Shown: piece after piece, positions 17,991 to 27,752 of the stretch
Position numbering within the stretch: position 1 is the stretch's first letter
Layout of the letters: every line of letters begins with the position of its first letter
Source of the DNA: an uncultured Gemmatimonadaceae bacterium
Lineage (GTDB): Bacteria > Gemmatimonadota > Gemmatimonadetes > Gemmatimonadales > Gemmatimonadaceae
Assembly: GCA_963740355.1 (NCBI GenBank)
Contig: CAVUDW010000002.1
Coordinates: 2,464,001-2,528,000, forward strand
Reading direction: 5' to 3'
DNA length: 64,000 bases
Translations under genes and position numbers: made by a program
Notes under the pieces: model-generated
Database searches by the model: none
The model's input: only the letters and a program-made list of their open reading frames with translations
Told to the model about the DNA's origin: nothing

Positions 17991-19418
17991 GTGCGTCATT
18001 TCTATGTGCTGATGTGTGTCGCCGGGACTGCGCTGCAAGCGCAGGCCCAAGGCACACCCGCGGCGCCTGCCAAGCCCACCATCGCACCGGGTACCGGTGC
18101 GGTGGCTCTGCCGAACGCAGACCCGTTTCCAAGTACGTACCGCGCCCCGGTGTCACGCGCGGTCGTGATCACGAATGCCACGATCCTGACTGCGGCAGGC
18201 CCGCAGATCGATCGCGGCTACATCGTGCTGCGCGACGGCAAGATCGTGTCGGTGGGTGCCGGTGCGGCGCCCAGCACGGCAGATGCGGAAGTGATCGACG
18301 CCAATGGCCGCTACGTCACGCCCGGCCTGATCGACACACACTCGCACCTTGGCGTGTATGCGGCGCCTGGTGGCGAGGCGCTGAGCGATGGCAACGAAGC
18401 AACCGCACCGACGACCGCCCGAGTCTGGGCCGAACACAGTGTCTGGCCGCAGGACCCGCAGTTCCCGCGTGACCTCGCCGGCGGCGTGACCACACTGCAG
18501 ATCCTGCCAGGTTCAGCGAACCTGATCGGCGGACGGAGCGTGGTACTGAAGGTGGTCCCGAGTGTCAGCGCACAGGGCATGAAGTTCCCTGGTGCCAAGT
18601 ACGGGCTGAAGATGGCCTGCGGTGAGAACCCGAAGCGCGTCTACGCGAGCCGTGGTCCGTCAACGCGAATGGGTAACGTCGCTGGATATCGCGCGGCCTG
18701 GATTCAGGCCGAGGCCTACCGCCGTCGCTGGGACAAGTGGCTAGCTGACAAGTCGGGTGATCCACCGCAGCGCGACCTCGAACTCGAGACGCTGGCGGAA
18801 GTGCTGCGCGGCAATATCCTCGTGCACAATCACTGCTACCGTGCCGACGAAATGCTGCAGATGATCGACATCGCGAAGGAGTTCGGTTATCGCATTCGAT
18901 CATTCCACCATGGCGTGGAAGCGTACAAGCTGGCGGATGCAATGGCTCGTGACAGCATTTCCGGGTCACTCTGGAGCGACTGGGGTGGCTTCAAGATGGA
19001 AGCGCTCGATGGGATTCGCGCCAATCTCGCGCTGGTGCACAACGCCGGTGCGCGCGCCATCGTGCACTCCGATGACCCGAGTGGCTCGCAGCGATTGAAT
19101 CAGGACGCGTCCAAGGCGCGCGCGGCAGGAGCGGTGGTCGGCATCAACATCGACGACGCCACGCTCATCAAGTGGATCACCATCAACGCCGCCTGGGCGC
19201 TCGACCTGCACGACCGGATCGGGTCACTCGAGGCAGGAAAGAACGCGGACGTGGTCCTCTGGTCGGGTAATCCGTTCAGCGTCTACACGCGCGCTGACCG
19301 TGTCTTCATCGATGGCGCCACACGCTACGATCGCATGGATCCGAAGCAGCAGTGGCGGACAGACTTCGAGCTCGGCTTCGTGCCTGCGCCATCCACCGTG
19401 ACCGGAGGGCGCCGCTGA
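17991..19418 (+). CDS. exported amidohydrolase (imidazolonepropionase-like), metal ligands intact
   Basis: PGLIDTHSHLG, KMACGENPKR, HNHCY, HHG, HSDD and GSLEAGKNAD; GTG 17991 with SD GGAGGT. Confidence 0.9.
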   Translation: MRHFYVLMCVAGTALQAQAQGTPAAPAKPTIAPGTGAVALPNADPFPSTYRAPVSRAVVITNATILTAAGPQIDRGYIVLRDGKIVSVGAGAAPSTADAEVIDANGRYVTPGLIDTHSHLGVYAAPGGEALSDGNEATAPTTARVWAEHSVWPQDPQFPRDLAGGVTTLQILPGSANLIGGRSVVLKVVPSVSAQGMKFPGAKYGLKMACGENPKRVYASRGPSTRMGNVAGYRAAWIQAEAYRRRWDKWLADKSGDPPQRDLELETLAEVLRGNILVHNHCYRADEMLQMIDIAKEFGYRIRSFHHGVEAYKLADAMARDSISGSLWSDWGGFKMEALDGIRANLALVHNAGARAIVHSDDPSGSQRLNQDASKARAAGAVVGINIDDATLIKWITINAAWALDLHDRIGSLEAGKNADVVLWSGNPFSVYTRADRVFIDGATRYDRMDPKQQWRTDFELGFVPAPSTVTGGRR

Positions 19419-20698
19419 TGCGCACCATGCGTACTGCCGCCCTCGCGGCCATGACAGTCGTGCTGGCAACGCGAGGCGTTGCACAGGAAACCGTGGCCAT
19501 CACCGGTGGCACCATCTACCCGGTGAGCGGCCCACGGATGGAGAACGCCACCATCGTCTTCACCAACGGCGTGATCACGGCGATGGGTACCAACGTCGCG
19601 ATTCCCGCCAATGCCCGACGCATCGACGCGGCTGGCAAGTGGATCACGCCGGGTCTGGTATCGCCCGTCACCTCGCTCGGTGTCGTCGAAGTTGGCGCCG
19701 TGCCAGAGACGCGTGACGCAAGCGCGCGCGGGACGAATCGCGTGTCGTCGTCGTTCCGCGTGTGGGATGGATTCAATCCCCGCTCGGTGAGCCTGCCGGT
19801 CGCGCGCCAGGATGGCGGCGTGACCACGATCGGCGTCATGCCGTCGGGTGGCATGGTCGCAGGCCTCGGAGCGGCATTCGACCTGCGCGAAGGCGAGTCC
19901 GCCGAGGGGATGCTGCGTAAGGCGCCGGTGGCCATGGTCGCCACGCTCGACAACGCGGCAGCGGCGGGTGCCGGCTCTCGTGGTGAGGCGCTCGCCAAGA
20001 TGCGCACGCTTCTCCGCGATGCGCGGGAGTTCAACCTCGCACGGGCGCGCTACGATGCGGCCGCCATGCGTGAGCTGAGTGCGGCGCGTGCAGACCTGGA
20101 TGCGATGCAACTGGTGCTGAAGGGCACGATCCCGCTGGTGATCGGTGCCGATCGCGCCAGCGAGATCCTCAACGCGATCGCGCTCGGCAAGGAGTTCGGA
20201 ATCCGGATCGTGATCACAGGCGCAGCCGAGGCGTGGAGCGTCGCACCGCAGTTGGCGGCCGCGAAGGTCGCCGTCATGACGGGCGCCGAGAACAACATCC
20301 CATCGTCGTTCGCTGAGCTTGGTCAGCGCCAGGAAAATCTCGCGCTGTTGCGGGCTGCTGGCGTGACGGTGGCGATCGTGGGAAATGGCGCCGGCGGCGA
20401 GGAAGGCTTCAACGTTCGCAATCTGCGTTATGAGGCTGGCAATGCCGTCGCCTATGGCATGTCCTGGGACGAGGCGCTGCGCGCAATCACGCTCGCGCCA
20501 GCGGAAATCCTTGGTGTGAGCGACAAGGTCGGTTCACTGGCCATCGGCAAGGCCGCCAATGTCGTCATCTGGACGGGTGACCCGTTCGAATACGCCACGC
20601 AGCCGGAACGGGTGTTCGTGGGTGGCAAGGACACGCGGGTCATGACCCGACAGGACCAGCTCACGCAACGTTATCGGCAGTTGCCCGTTAAGTACTGA
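19418..20698 (+). CDS. exported amidohydrolase-fold protein, metal ligands lost
   Basis: Same fold (IDAAGKWITPGL, GSLAIGKAAN) but HxH replaced by PVTS; ATG overlaps the upstream stop (TGATG). Confidence 0.88.
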   Translation: MRTMRTAALAAMTVVLATRGVAQETVAITGGTIYPVSGPRMENATIVFTNGVITAMGTNVAIPANARRIDAAGKWITPGLVSPVTSLGVVEVGAVPETRDASARGTNRVSSSFRVWDGFNPRSVSLPVARQDGGVTTIGVMPSGGMVAGLGAAFDLREGESAEGMLRKAPVAMVATLDNAAAAGAGSRGEALAKMRTLLRDAREFNLARARYDAAAMRELSAARADLDAMQLVLKGTIPLVIGADRASEILNAIALGKEFGIRIVITGAAEAWSVAPQLAAAKVAVMTGAENNIPSSFAELGQRQENLALLRAAGVTVAIVGNGAGGEEGFNVRNLRYEAGNAVAYGMSWDEALRAITLAPAEILGVSDKVGSLAIGKAANVVIWTGDPFEYATQPERVFVGGKDTRVMTRQDQLTQRYRQLPVKY

Positions 20699-20717
20699 GA
20701 ATCTGCAGTGTGAGTGT

Positions 20718-20749
20718 ACAAGGGGTCGGCGAAGGTGCCGGCCCTTTGT
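20718..20749. terminator. probable terminator between convergent genes
   Basis: ACAAGGGGTCGGC-GAAGGT-GCCGGCCCTTTGT hairpin. Confidence 0.6.
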
Positions 20750-20769
20750 CGTTCACGGCAATCAGCGGG

Positions 20770-22929
20770 TCAGCGCGCTACGCCAAGATCGAGGCCCACA
20801 TACCAGTTGCGCAGCGGTGACGGCTCGAGCACGCGTCCGAACGCGCCGTTGACGGTGACTGCACCGACATACGCGGTGTTGCGAGCGTTGAGCAGTCCGG
20901 CGAACGGCTCGACGCGATAACCGTTCCACGAGCCGGTCCACGCGGCGCGAACATTGGTCACGCCGGTACCCCAGCCTGGTACGCGGATGGTGTTGAAGTC
21001 ATCAGCGAAGAGGGCGCTAGTCCACGTCTGGTCGGCGTCAATCGTGATCCGCTTGAACGAGGCAGAACGAAAGCCGACGCGCAACTGCTGCGGTGGGACA
21101 CCGGGCAACTGCTTTCCGTCCAGCGTGTCCACGCGCGTGCCATTCTTCTGCCGGTAGTCGGCAAATTTCAGGTCGGACCAGGTGTAGGCGACGTTGAGTG
21201 ATGCGAGCGAGGCGACACGCACACTGCCGCCCGCCTCGATGCCGATGTTCTTCGTTCGACCGGCATTCTCGAAGTAGGCAGTGCCGTCCACCACACGTGA
21301 CTGCACGATGGCATTGCGAACGTTGGCGCGATACGCCGCCACGTTCCAGCTCGCGAGCGTGGACGCCGCGCCGCGCGCACCGATCTCCATGCTCACGGTG
21401 CGCTGCGGACCGAGGTCCGGGTTGAACCCACCCACACGATCCGGTCGCGCTTGCAGTTCGGTGGTGGTCGGCGTCTCGAAGCTGGTGGAGATGTTCGCGT
21501 ACGGGGCAAAGGCGCTCCAGCCTGTGACGGTGATGCCGGTGTGCCCGCTGGCCGCTGACAGCGTACGCCGACCGCTGTTGTCGCCACCGTTCACGCCACC
21601 ATCACCAGTGAAGCGATCGCTCACGGAAAATCCGATGCGATCGTACCGGCCACCGGCGCTGAGTAATACCCGTTGTGTTGGTGCCCATTGTGCCTGGATG
21701 TATGGTGCCAGGCTCCGGACCGTCTCGTACTGGTTGAGGATGATCGTATCGGTCACGGCGGTTGGCCGCCCACCAGTGGCGCGCTGGTTCATCCGCAGGT
21801 CGCGCATCTGCTGCAGGTCGAGCCCTGCTGATACACTCGGTGACGATGCCGCATCGCCGAGATTGCGCCGCGCGCTGAGGCGCGTTCCAGCGAACTGGCG
21901 ATCGAGTGTCGAGTAAATCCCCGTCAGCGCCGTGACCGTCCCTGGTGGCGCGGTGGACAGTGCGTTGCGGACTACGCGGGTGCTGAGCCATGTCGTGGCG
22001 ACGTATTCGGTGCGCTGCGACGCTGACCCGTGATGGTACGACGCGCTCAGCTGATCTTGCTTCACGCGTCGATCGGCGCCGCGTCGCACGTTCGCTGCGC
22101 TGGCTGAATCCCGGTTGATGGCGTATTCCGCAAAGGTCAGCGCGCCGGGATTGACGGCGTTCGGCACTTCGGCCACCTGCGCACGCAACTCGAGTCGGCT
22201 ATCGGCGCCGAGCGAGTAGTCGAGGGCCGCGTTGAGCTGCCGCGTCTGCGCCCCGCTGTACTGTCGAAAGCCATCGTACGACGTGCGGGTAAGGGACAAC
22301 GAGCCGATCGCATTTCCCGCGCGACCAACTGTGCGCAACTGGACTTTCCGTTCGCCGAACGATCCGGCCAGCAGGCGCACGCTCTGGGCGAAGGGCGTCG
22401 GCGCGCGAAGGTCGTTGGAGAACGACAGCACGCCTGCAGAGCCATTGCCGTACAGCGACGCCGTGCTCCCGCGCAGCACCTCGATACGATCGATGTTGCC
22501 GAGCTCCACATTCGTGAGCTGCGACTGCCCATCGGGCAGCGTCTGCGGCACACCGTCGAGGAAGACCTTCACGCCGCGCAGGCCGAAGTTTGCGCGAGCC
22601 CCTGCACCGCGAACCGAGATGCGTGAGTCAGTGGCGAAGTTGTAGCGGCTCGCCACGAAGACGCCTGGTATCGATCCGAGCGCCTCATCGAGGTTCACGG
22701 TGGGCTGTGCGCGACGCAGTTCTCGCACGCCGACGACACCCACCGCCCACGGTACCTTCTCGAGCGATCGTTGGTCGGCCATCACCCGAACGGTGACGGT
22801 GGTCAGCGGCTGGATGCGTGTTGAGTCGACGCGCGCTGAGTCACGACCCGATTGCCGTTGCGCGGTGGCGCTGACCGGTACGAGCAGCAATGCGGCGATG
22901 ACCTGAACGATGTGGCGAGAGCGATTCAC
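20770..22929 (-). CDS. TonB-dependent receptor, YncD/PqqU-like
   Basis: Plug motif RISVRGAGARANFGLRGVKVFLDGVPQTLPDGQSQ; IEVLRGSTASLYGN; FETPTTTEL. Start uncertain (GTG 22929 or TTG 23013). Confidence 0.88.
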   Translation of the reverse strand: MNRSRHIVQVIAALLLVPVSATAQRQSGRDSARVDSTRIQPLTTVTVRVMADQRSLEKVPWAVGVVGVRELRRAQPTVNLDEALGSIPGVFVASRYNFATDSRISVRGAGARANFGLRGVKVFLDGVPQTLPDGQSQLTNVELGNIDRIEVLRGSTASLYGNGSAGVLSFSNDLRAPTPFAQSVRLLAGSFGERKVQLRTVGRAGNAIGSLSLTRTSYDGFRQYSGAQTRQLNAALDYSLGADSRLELRAQVAEVPNAVNPGALTFAEYAINRDSASAANVRRGADRRVKQDQLSASYHHGSASQRTEYVATTWLSTRVVRNALSTAPPGTVTALTGIYSTLDRQFAGTRLSARRNLGDAASSPSVSAGLDLQQMRDLRMNQRATGGRPTAVTDTIILNQYETVRSLAPYIQAQWAPTQRVLLSAGGRYDRIGFSVSDRFTGDGGVNGGDNSGRRTLSAASGHTGITVTGWSAFAPYANISTSFETPTTTELQARPDRVGGFNPDLGPQRTVSMEIGARGAASTLASWNVAAYRANVRNAIVQSRVVDGTAYFENAGRTKNIGIEAGGSVRVASLASLNVAYTWSDLKFADYRQKNGTRVDTLDGKQLPGVPPQQLRVGFRSASFKRITIDADQTWTSALFADDFNTIRVPGWGTGVTNVRAAWTGSWNGYRVEPFAGLLNARNTAYVGAVTVNGAFGRVLEPSPLRNWYVGLDLGVAR

Positions 22930-23009
22930 GACAACGGGAGCGCGGGAATTGATGGCAGGTGCGGAGGTGACATCCCAGCACGCGCGCGAGGCGGAAGATT
23001 CCGAAGAAT

Positions 23010-24648
23010 TCAACGCGGCGTGGCGGAAATTGTTGCGACCATCGCCGGGCGTACCCGATGATGGCTCGCCTGCTCGAAGGCGTACCCTGCCCTGAAGAGC
23101 TGCGGTTCACTCCAGGCGGCTCCAAAAAACGAGATGCCCACGGGTAGCCCGTTCACGCGACCGGCTGGCACGGTGAGGTGCGGATAGCCGGCGACGGCGG
23201 GCGCCGATGAGACGCCACCGCCAAAGTGGTCGCCGTTGACGAGGTCGATTGTCCACGCCGGACCACCAGTGGGGCCGATCAACACGTCACAGCGCGTGCG
23301 GCGCAGCACCGCATCGATGCCCTCGCGACGCGACAGGCGGACACACTTCTCCCGGGCGCGACGATAGGCCGGACTGCTCAACGGACCGCGCTTCTGCGCC
23401 TGCGTGAAGAGTTCCTGGCCAAACCACTGCAACTCGCGTTCGTGATTCTTCTCGTTCCAGAGGATCAGTTCCGCCAGCGAATGCACAGGGATCGAGGCCG
23501 GAAGCTGCGACAGGTACGCATTCAGCCCGGCCTTGAATTCGTAGGACAGTACTTCCCCCTCCTCGGCGCCGTATTTGTCGGCGTTGGGGACGCTGGCGTT
23601 GTCGATGATGACCGCACCGCGCTCGCGCATCAGCCGGATCGCATCTTCCATCAGCGCGTCGACACGCGAGTCGAAGCCGAAGTAGTTGCGCGCGATCCCG
23701 ACACGCATCCCCTTAAGACCATCGACGTCGAGCGTACGCGTGTAGTCGGTGGTCACGCCAGCCGGCATGGCGCGCATCGCGCTGTCCGAGCTGTCGCGCC
23801 CGATCATGCCATTGAGCAGCAGCGCCGCATCGCGCACGGTGCGCGTCATTGGGCCCGCGGTGTCCTGGCTGGCAGAGATCGGAATGATGCCGGTACGACT
23901 CACCAGGCCGACCGTGGGCTTCAAGCCAACGATGCCATTGAGTGAGGAGGGACAGATCACGGAACCGTCGGTCTCCGTGCCGATCGCCGCAATGCAGAAG
24001 TCGGCGGCAACGGCAGCGCCACTTCCCGAACTGGAGCCACACGGCGAACGATCGAGTGCGTGTGGATTCTTCGTCTGTCCGCCGCGGCCACTCCATCCAC
24101 TACTCGACCGATTGCCGCGGTAGTTGGCCCACTCACTGAGATTCGTCTTGCCGAGGATCACAGCGCCGGCCGTTCGCACGCGTTGTGCGACACCTGCATC
24201 ACGACGCGCGCGATGGTCCGCCAAGGCAAGTGAGCCAGCACTGGTGCTCATGCGATCACCGGTGTCGATGTTGTCCTTGAGCAGGATTGGCATGCCGTGC
24301 AACGGGCCGAAGGTGCTGGCCGGTGGCACGCTCCGCATCTGCGGCATCGGCCAGCGCCAGCGCGTCAGGATTGATCTCGATCACGCTGTTCACGCGAGGC
24401 CCATCGGCGTCGAGTGTGCGGATGCGCATCAGGTAGTGCTCGGCGAGGGCGCGGTAGGTCAGTCGTCCGGCGGCGACTTCAGCTTGTGCGCTCGCAATGC
24501 CCAGGTCGTCGAGCGCGCCAGCGAGGTGCAGGTCGACGTTCGCCGACTGTGGTGCGCGCGTTACGAGTGCGTCCAGCCGTCGCAGCGGGAGGGATGCAGA
24601 GAGTGCGACTCCAGCGGCAAGGAAATCCCGGCGTTCCATGCGATGCAT
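23010..24648 (-). pseudogene. Tat-exported amidase-signature enzyme interrupted by one extra base near 24309 (pseudogene, recoding or sequence error)
   Basis: N-part MERRDFL (Tat)...DAERATGQHL in one frame; GPLHGMPILLKDNID, GKTNLSEWAN, GSSSGS and GTETDGS in the next. Removing one base gives a 545-aa amidase. Confidence 0.85.
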
Positions 24649-24755
24649 CCCGTGTCGAGAGTTGTGCGTCGAGGCGGCGTACGGGGTGATTCTGCGCGGT
24701 TGAGCACGGTGGCGCCAGTACCGGGTGAAATGCGCAGTGCTGGCGATCGAACGGG

Positions 24756-24788
24756 AAAAGCAAAACGCCCCCGCACTGCGGAGGCGTT
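24756..24788 (-). terminator. intrinsic terminator of rplU-rpmA
   Basis: AACGCCTCCGC-AGT-GCGGGGGCGTT followed by TTGCTTTT. Confidence 0.85.
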
Positions 24789-24807
24789 CGACATCACAAC
24801 GAGGAAT

Positions 24808-25092
24808 TCAGTCTGCGGCGACCGCGACGGCTTCGACGTTCAGCGGCTTGACGCTGACCTTGATGCGGCGCTTGTCCTTCGGGGAGAACTCGACGACGCC
24901 ATCGACCAACGAGAAGATCGTGTAGTCGCGGCCGAGGCCAACGTTCGTGCCCGGGTGCACCTTGGTGCCACACTGGCGGATGATGATGCCGCCGGCGCGC
25001 ACGAATTCGCCGCCGTACTTCTTGACGCCACGGTACTGCGGATTCGAATCGCGACCGTTGCGGGATGAGCCTACGCCTTTCTTATGTGCCAT
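24808..25092 (-). CDS. rpmA: 50S ribosomal protein L27
   Basis: [24 protein letters not shown]. Confidence 0.98.
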   Translation of the reverse strand: MAHKKGVGSSRNGRDSNPQYRGVKKYGGEFVRAGGIIIRQCGTKVHPGTNVGLGRDYTIFSLVDGVVEFSPKDKRRIKVSVKPLNVEAVAVAAD

Positions 25093-25099
25093 TTGAGTC

Positions 25100-25417
25100 T
25101 CAGCCCAGCTTGATGTCGGTGATACGGACTTCAGTGAAGCCCTGACGATGGCCCTGCTTTCTGGCGTAGTTCTTCCGGCGGCGGAACTTGAAGACGACGA
25201 TCTTCTCGCCGCGGCCGTGCTTCACGATCTCGGCCGACACCTTGGCGCCAGCGAGCGTGGGCACGCCCGTGCTCACCGACTTGCCGTCGGATGCGAGCAG
25301 GACTTCGTTGAATTCCACGGCACCGCCCGCATCGCCAAGGAGCGAGGGAATCCGATAGGTCTGGCCAGCACTGACGCGGAACTGCTTCCCGCCGGTGCGA
25401 ATGATCGCGTAGCTCAT
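25100..25417 (-). CDS. rplU: 50S ribosomal protein L21
   Basis: [13 protein letters not shown] and [16 protein letters not shown]. Confidence 0.98.
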   Translation of the reverse strand: MSYAIIRTGGKQFRVSAGQTYRIPSLLGDAGGAVEFNEVLLASDGKSVSTGVPTLAGAKVSAEIVKHGRGEKIVVFKFRRRKNYARKQGHRQGFTEVRITDIKLG

Positions 25418-25450
25418 AGGTGTACGACGTGTAAGGGTAATGAGCCCACG

Positions 25451-25479
25451 AAGTTAGCCGTCCCGGACTGGGGTGTCAA
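25451..25479 (-). promoter_or_regulatory. sigma70 promoter of rplU-rpmA
   Basis: TTGACA-N17-TAACTT. Confidence 0.85.
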
Positions 25480-25534
25480 CGGCTGCGTGGTGCCGGGGCC
25501 GGCAGAATTGCTTCCACGCGACCCCTCAATGTAT

Positions 25535-25562
25535 CCGAAACCGGGCCGAAAGTCGCCCGAAA
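25535..25562. promoter_or_regulatory. triple direct repeat CCGAAA-N5-CCGAAA-N5-CCGAAA, candidate LexA operator
   Basis: Copies at 25535, 25546 and 25557 (11-bp period); same motif as in the lexA upstream region. Confidence 0.55.
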
Positions 25563-25583
25563 CTCAGTCCGCGATCCCTCTGC

Positions 25584-25803
25584 AATCCTCGAACAAGATC
25601 TCTGACCCCTTGATCGGGCGCTACGATCAAGATCTCTGACCCCTTGATCAGGCGCTAAGTCTTTGCCCGCCAATATCTTACACCGCGAAATCCCCGAACA
25701 AGATCTCTGACCCCTTGATCGGGCGCTAAGTCTTTGCCCGCCAATATCTTACGCCGCGAAATCATCGAACAAGATCTCTGACCCCTTGATCCGCCTTGAT
25801 CCG
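25584..25803. repeat. intergenic repeat array: four 22-bp cores within 71-bp tandem units
   Basis: CAAGATCTCTGACCCCTTGATC at 25594, 25628, 25699 and 25770; units 25628-25698 and 25699-25769 are 67/71 identical. Confidence 0.95.
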
Positions 25804-25806
25804 CGC

Positions 25807-27402
25807 TCAGGCGAGGGCGTACTGCGCCGTCACGTCCCGCTGCGCGCCCTTCACGACCAGCTTGTACTCGTCAGGCCGGAGCAGGGGGTCGTCGCGCAGT
25901 TCCAGCGGGAACGACACGATCTTCTCGAGCCGCGCGAGGATATCCGGCTCCTGCTCCAGGACGTACATCGCCACATCCGGGTGCAGCTTGACCACCATCG
26001 GGTCACGGCGCCCCTCGACGCCGATCCGCTTCACCGACCGTTCGACCCGCCGCACGATCGTCTCCGGCGTGAAGATGCGCCCGGTGCCGTTGCAGGTCGG
26101 GCATGGCTCCGTGGTCGCCTGGAGATGGCTGGCCCGGACCCGCTGCCGCGTCATCTCGATCAGGCCCAGCTCGCTCACCTGGAACGCCTTCGTCCGCGCC
26201 CGGTCGCGACCGAGGTGCGTGCGTAGTTCCTGCAGCACCCGGTCGCGGTTGGCTCGCGTCTCCATGTCGATGAAGTCGCAGACGATGATGCCGCCCACGT
26301 CACGAAGACGAAGCTGACGCGCCACTTCGCGCGCCGCTTCCATGTTCGTCTTCATGATCGTCTTCTCGGGATCCTTCTTGCCGGTATACCGGCCCGAGTT
26401 GATGTCGATCGACACGAGCGCCTCGGTCGGCTCGATGATCAGGTACCCACCTGACGGCAAGTCGCACCGGCGCTTGAAGATGTCGCGGATCTCCGCCTCG
26501 ACTTCGTGCTTGTCGAAGAGCGGCTGCGTTTCCTCGTAGAGCTGCACGCGATCGACCAGCTCAGGGCCGACGCCCTTGAGGTACTCCACGATCTCGTTGT
26601 ACAGCTGCCGACTGTCGACCACCAGCTTGTCGACCTTGGCACTGAACAGGTCGCGAATGATGCCGCGGGCGAGGTTGGTCTCGCGGTGCACCAGCGCCGG
26701 CGCGCGCATGAACTGCCGCTTCCGGTTGATCCGCTTCCAGTTGTTGATCAGGCCCGTCAACTCGCGCTCGAACGTCTCCGCGGTGACGTCCTCGCCGACC
26801 GTGCGCACGATGACGCCACCGGCATCCTTCGGCAGGAAGGCATTCACCTGCTCCTTGAGCCGCTGACGCTCGGCGCGCTCGCCGATCTTGCGGCTGACAC
26901 CAACCCGCGATGCGAACGGCATGTACACGAGGAACCGGCCGGCCATCGAGACCTGCGCGGTCACGCGCGGGCCCTTGGTCGAGATCGGCTCCTTGCTCAC
27001 CTGCACCAGGATCGTGTCACCGCGCTTCAGGACATCCTGAATCTGCGGCGCTTCCTTCTTTGGCGGGCGTCCGGAGGTCGGCGTGTCGCTGCCGCGCGAG
27101 GCCGCATCCTGCGCAGCTTCGGCCGCGTCCTCGCCGTCGTTTTCATCGTCGTCATCGTCATCGTCGTCATCCGTCTCGTACACGAGATCGGAGGCGTGCA
27201 GGAAGGCACTCTTTTCCGTGCCGATGTCGACGAACGCAGCCTGCAACCCTGGCTGGACCGCTTCCACGCGACCGAGGTAGATGTCGCCGACCATGCGGCG
27301 TGCCTCGGGACGCTCGACCAGCAGTTCAACCAGCTGGTCGTCTTCAATGATGGCCACGCGCACTTCACGTGCGGCGGCATTGATCAGGATGTCACGCTTC
27401 AT
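25807..27402 (-). CDS. rng: ribonuclease E/G family
   Basis: S1 domain GDIYLGRV..AAFVDIG, KEPISTKGPRVT, IDINSG, GGIIVCDFIDM, Zn-link CPTCNG; start ATG 27402. Confidence 0.95.
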   Translation of the reverse strand: MKRDILINAAAREVRVAIIEDDQLVELLVERPEARRMVGDIYLGRVEAVQPGLQAAFVDIGTEKSAFLHASDLVYETDDDDDDDDDENDGEDAAEAAQDAASRGSDTPTSGRPPKKEAPQIQDVLKRGDTILVQVSKEPISTKGPRVTAQVSMAGRFLVYMPFASRVGVSRKIGERAERQRLKEQVNAFLPKDAGGVIVRTVGEDVTAETFERELTGLINNWKRINRKRQFMRAPALVHRETNLARGIIRDLFSAKVDKLVVDSRQLYNEIVEYLKGVGPELVDRVQLYEETQPLFDKHEVEAEIRDIFKRRCDLPSGGYLIIEPTEALVSIDINSGRYTGKKDPEKTIMKTNMEAAREVARQLRLRDVGGIIVCDFIDMETRANRDRVLQELRTHLGRDRARTKAFQVSELGLIEMTRQRVRASHLQATTEPCPTCNGTGRIFTPETIVRRVERSVKRIGVEGRRDPMVVKLHPDVAMYVLEQEPDILARLEKIVSFPLELRDDPLLRPDEYKLVVKGAQRDVTAQYALA

Positions 27403-27752
27403 GCACGCCTCGCGGCACCGCGTGAGGCGACCCTTGCACACGCAGCCCGTGGGCTGACCAACGTGAAAGTTGACCGACACGCGGACGCGCGCCGGCCACC
27501 AGCGGATGCCGCACTACGCGCCTCACCCGGTCGAATCAGCGTTGCCCGCCCGCAAGACTTTGCGGCTCCGCGTGCGCGACTGCGACCGGTGGCCATCAGC
27601 TGATGGCCGGTGAAACGAGTACGGCCTGATTCACCCAACGCCGCAATTCCAGCGCCGACTGCAAATCAGGGGCAAACACACCATTGCGGGGGTCGCTCCG
27701 CAACAGCGATCGGGCGCAGCGCACTCAGGCGCGCCGCACAGCAACGGGAAGG
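27403..27752 (-). promoter_or_regulatory. long structured 5' leader of RNase E/G
   Basis: Multiple hairpins, one sequestering the SD (27406-27429); no convincing ORF. Confidence 0.55.

Noticed and set aside
24700..24720. Sigma54 promoter upstream of the amidase
   Set aside because: GG-to-GC spacing is 9 nt rather than the required 10.
25476..25673. 65-aa ORF across the repeat array as a real protein
   Set aside because: It is largely a translation of the repeats with no coding signature.
25594..25791. CRISPR array
   Set aside because: The two long spacers are near-identical, spacing is irregular (34, 71, 71) and no cas genes are present.
27050..27180. Poly-Asp insertion in the RNase E/G S1 domain
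   Set aside because: Low-complexity insertions at this position are common in RNase E/G proteins.
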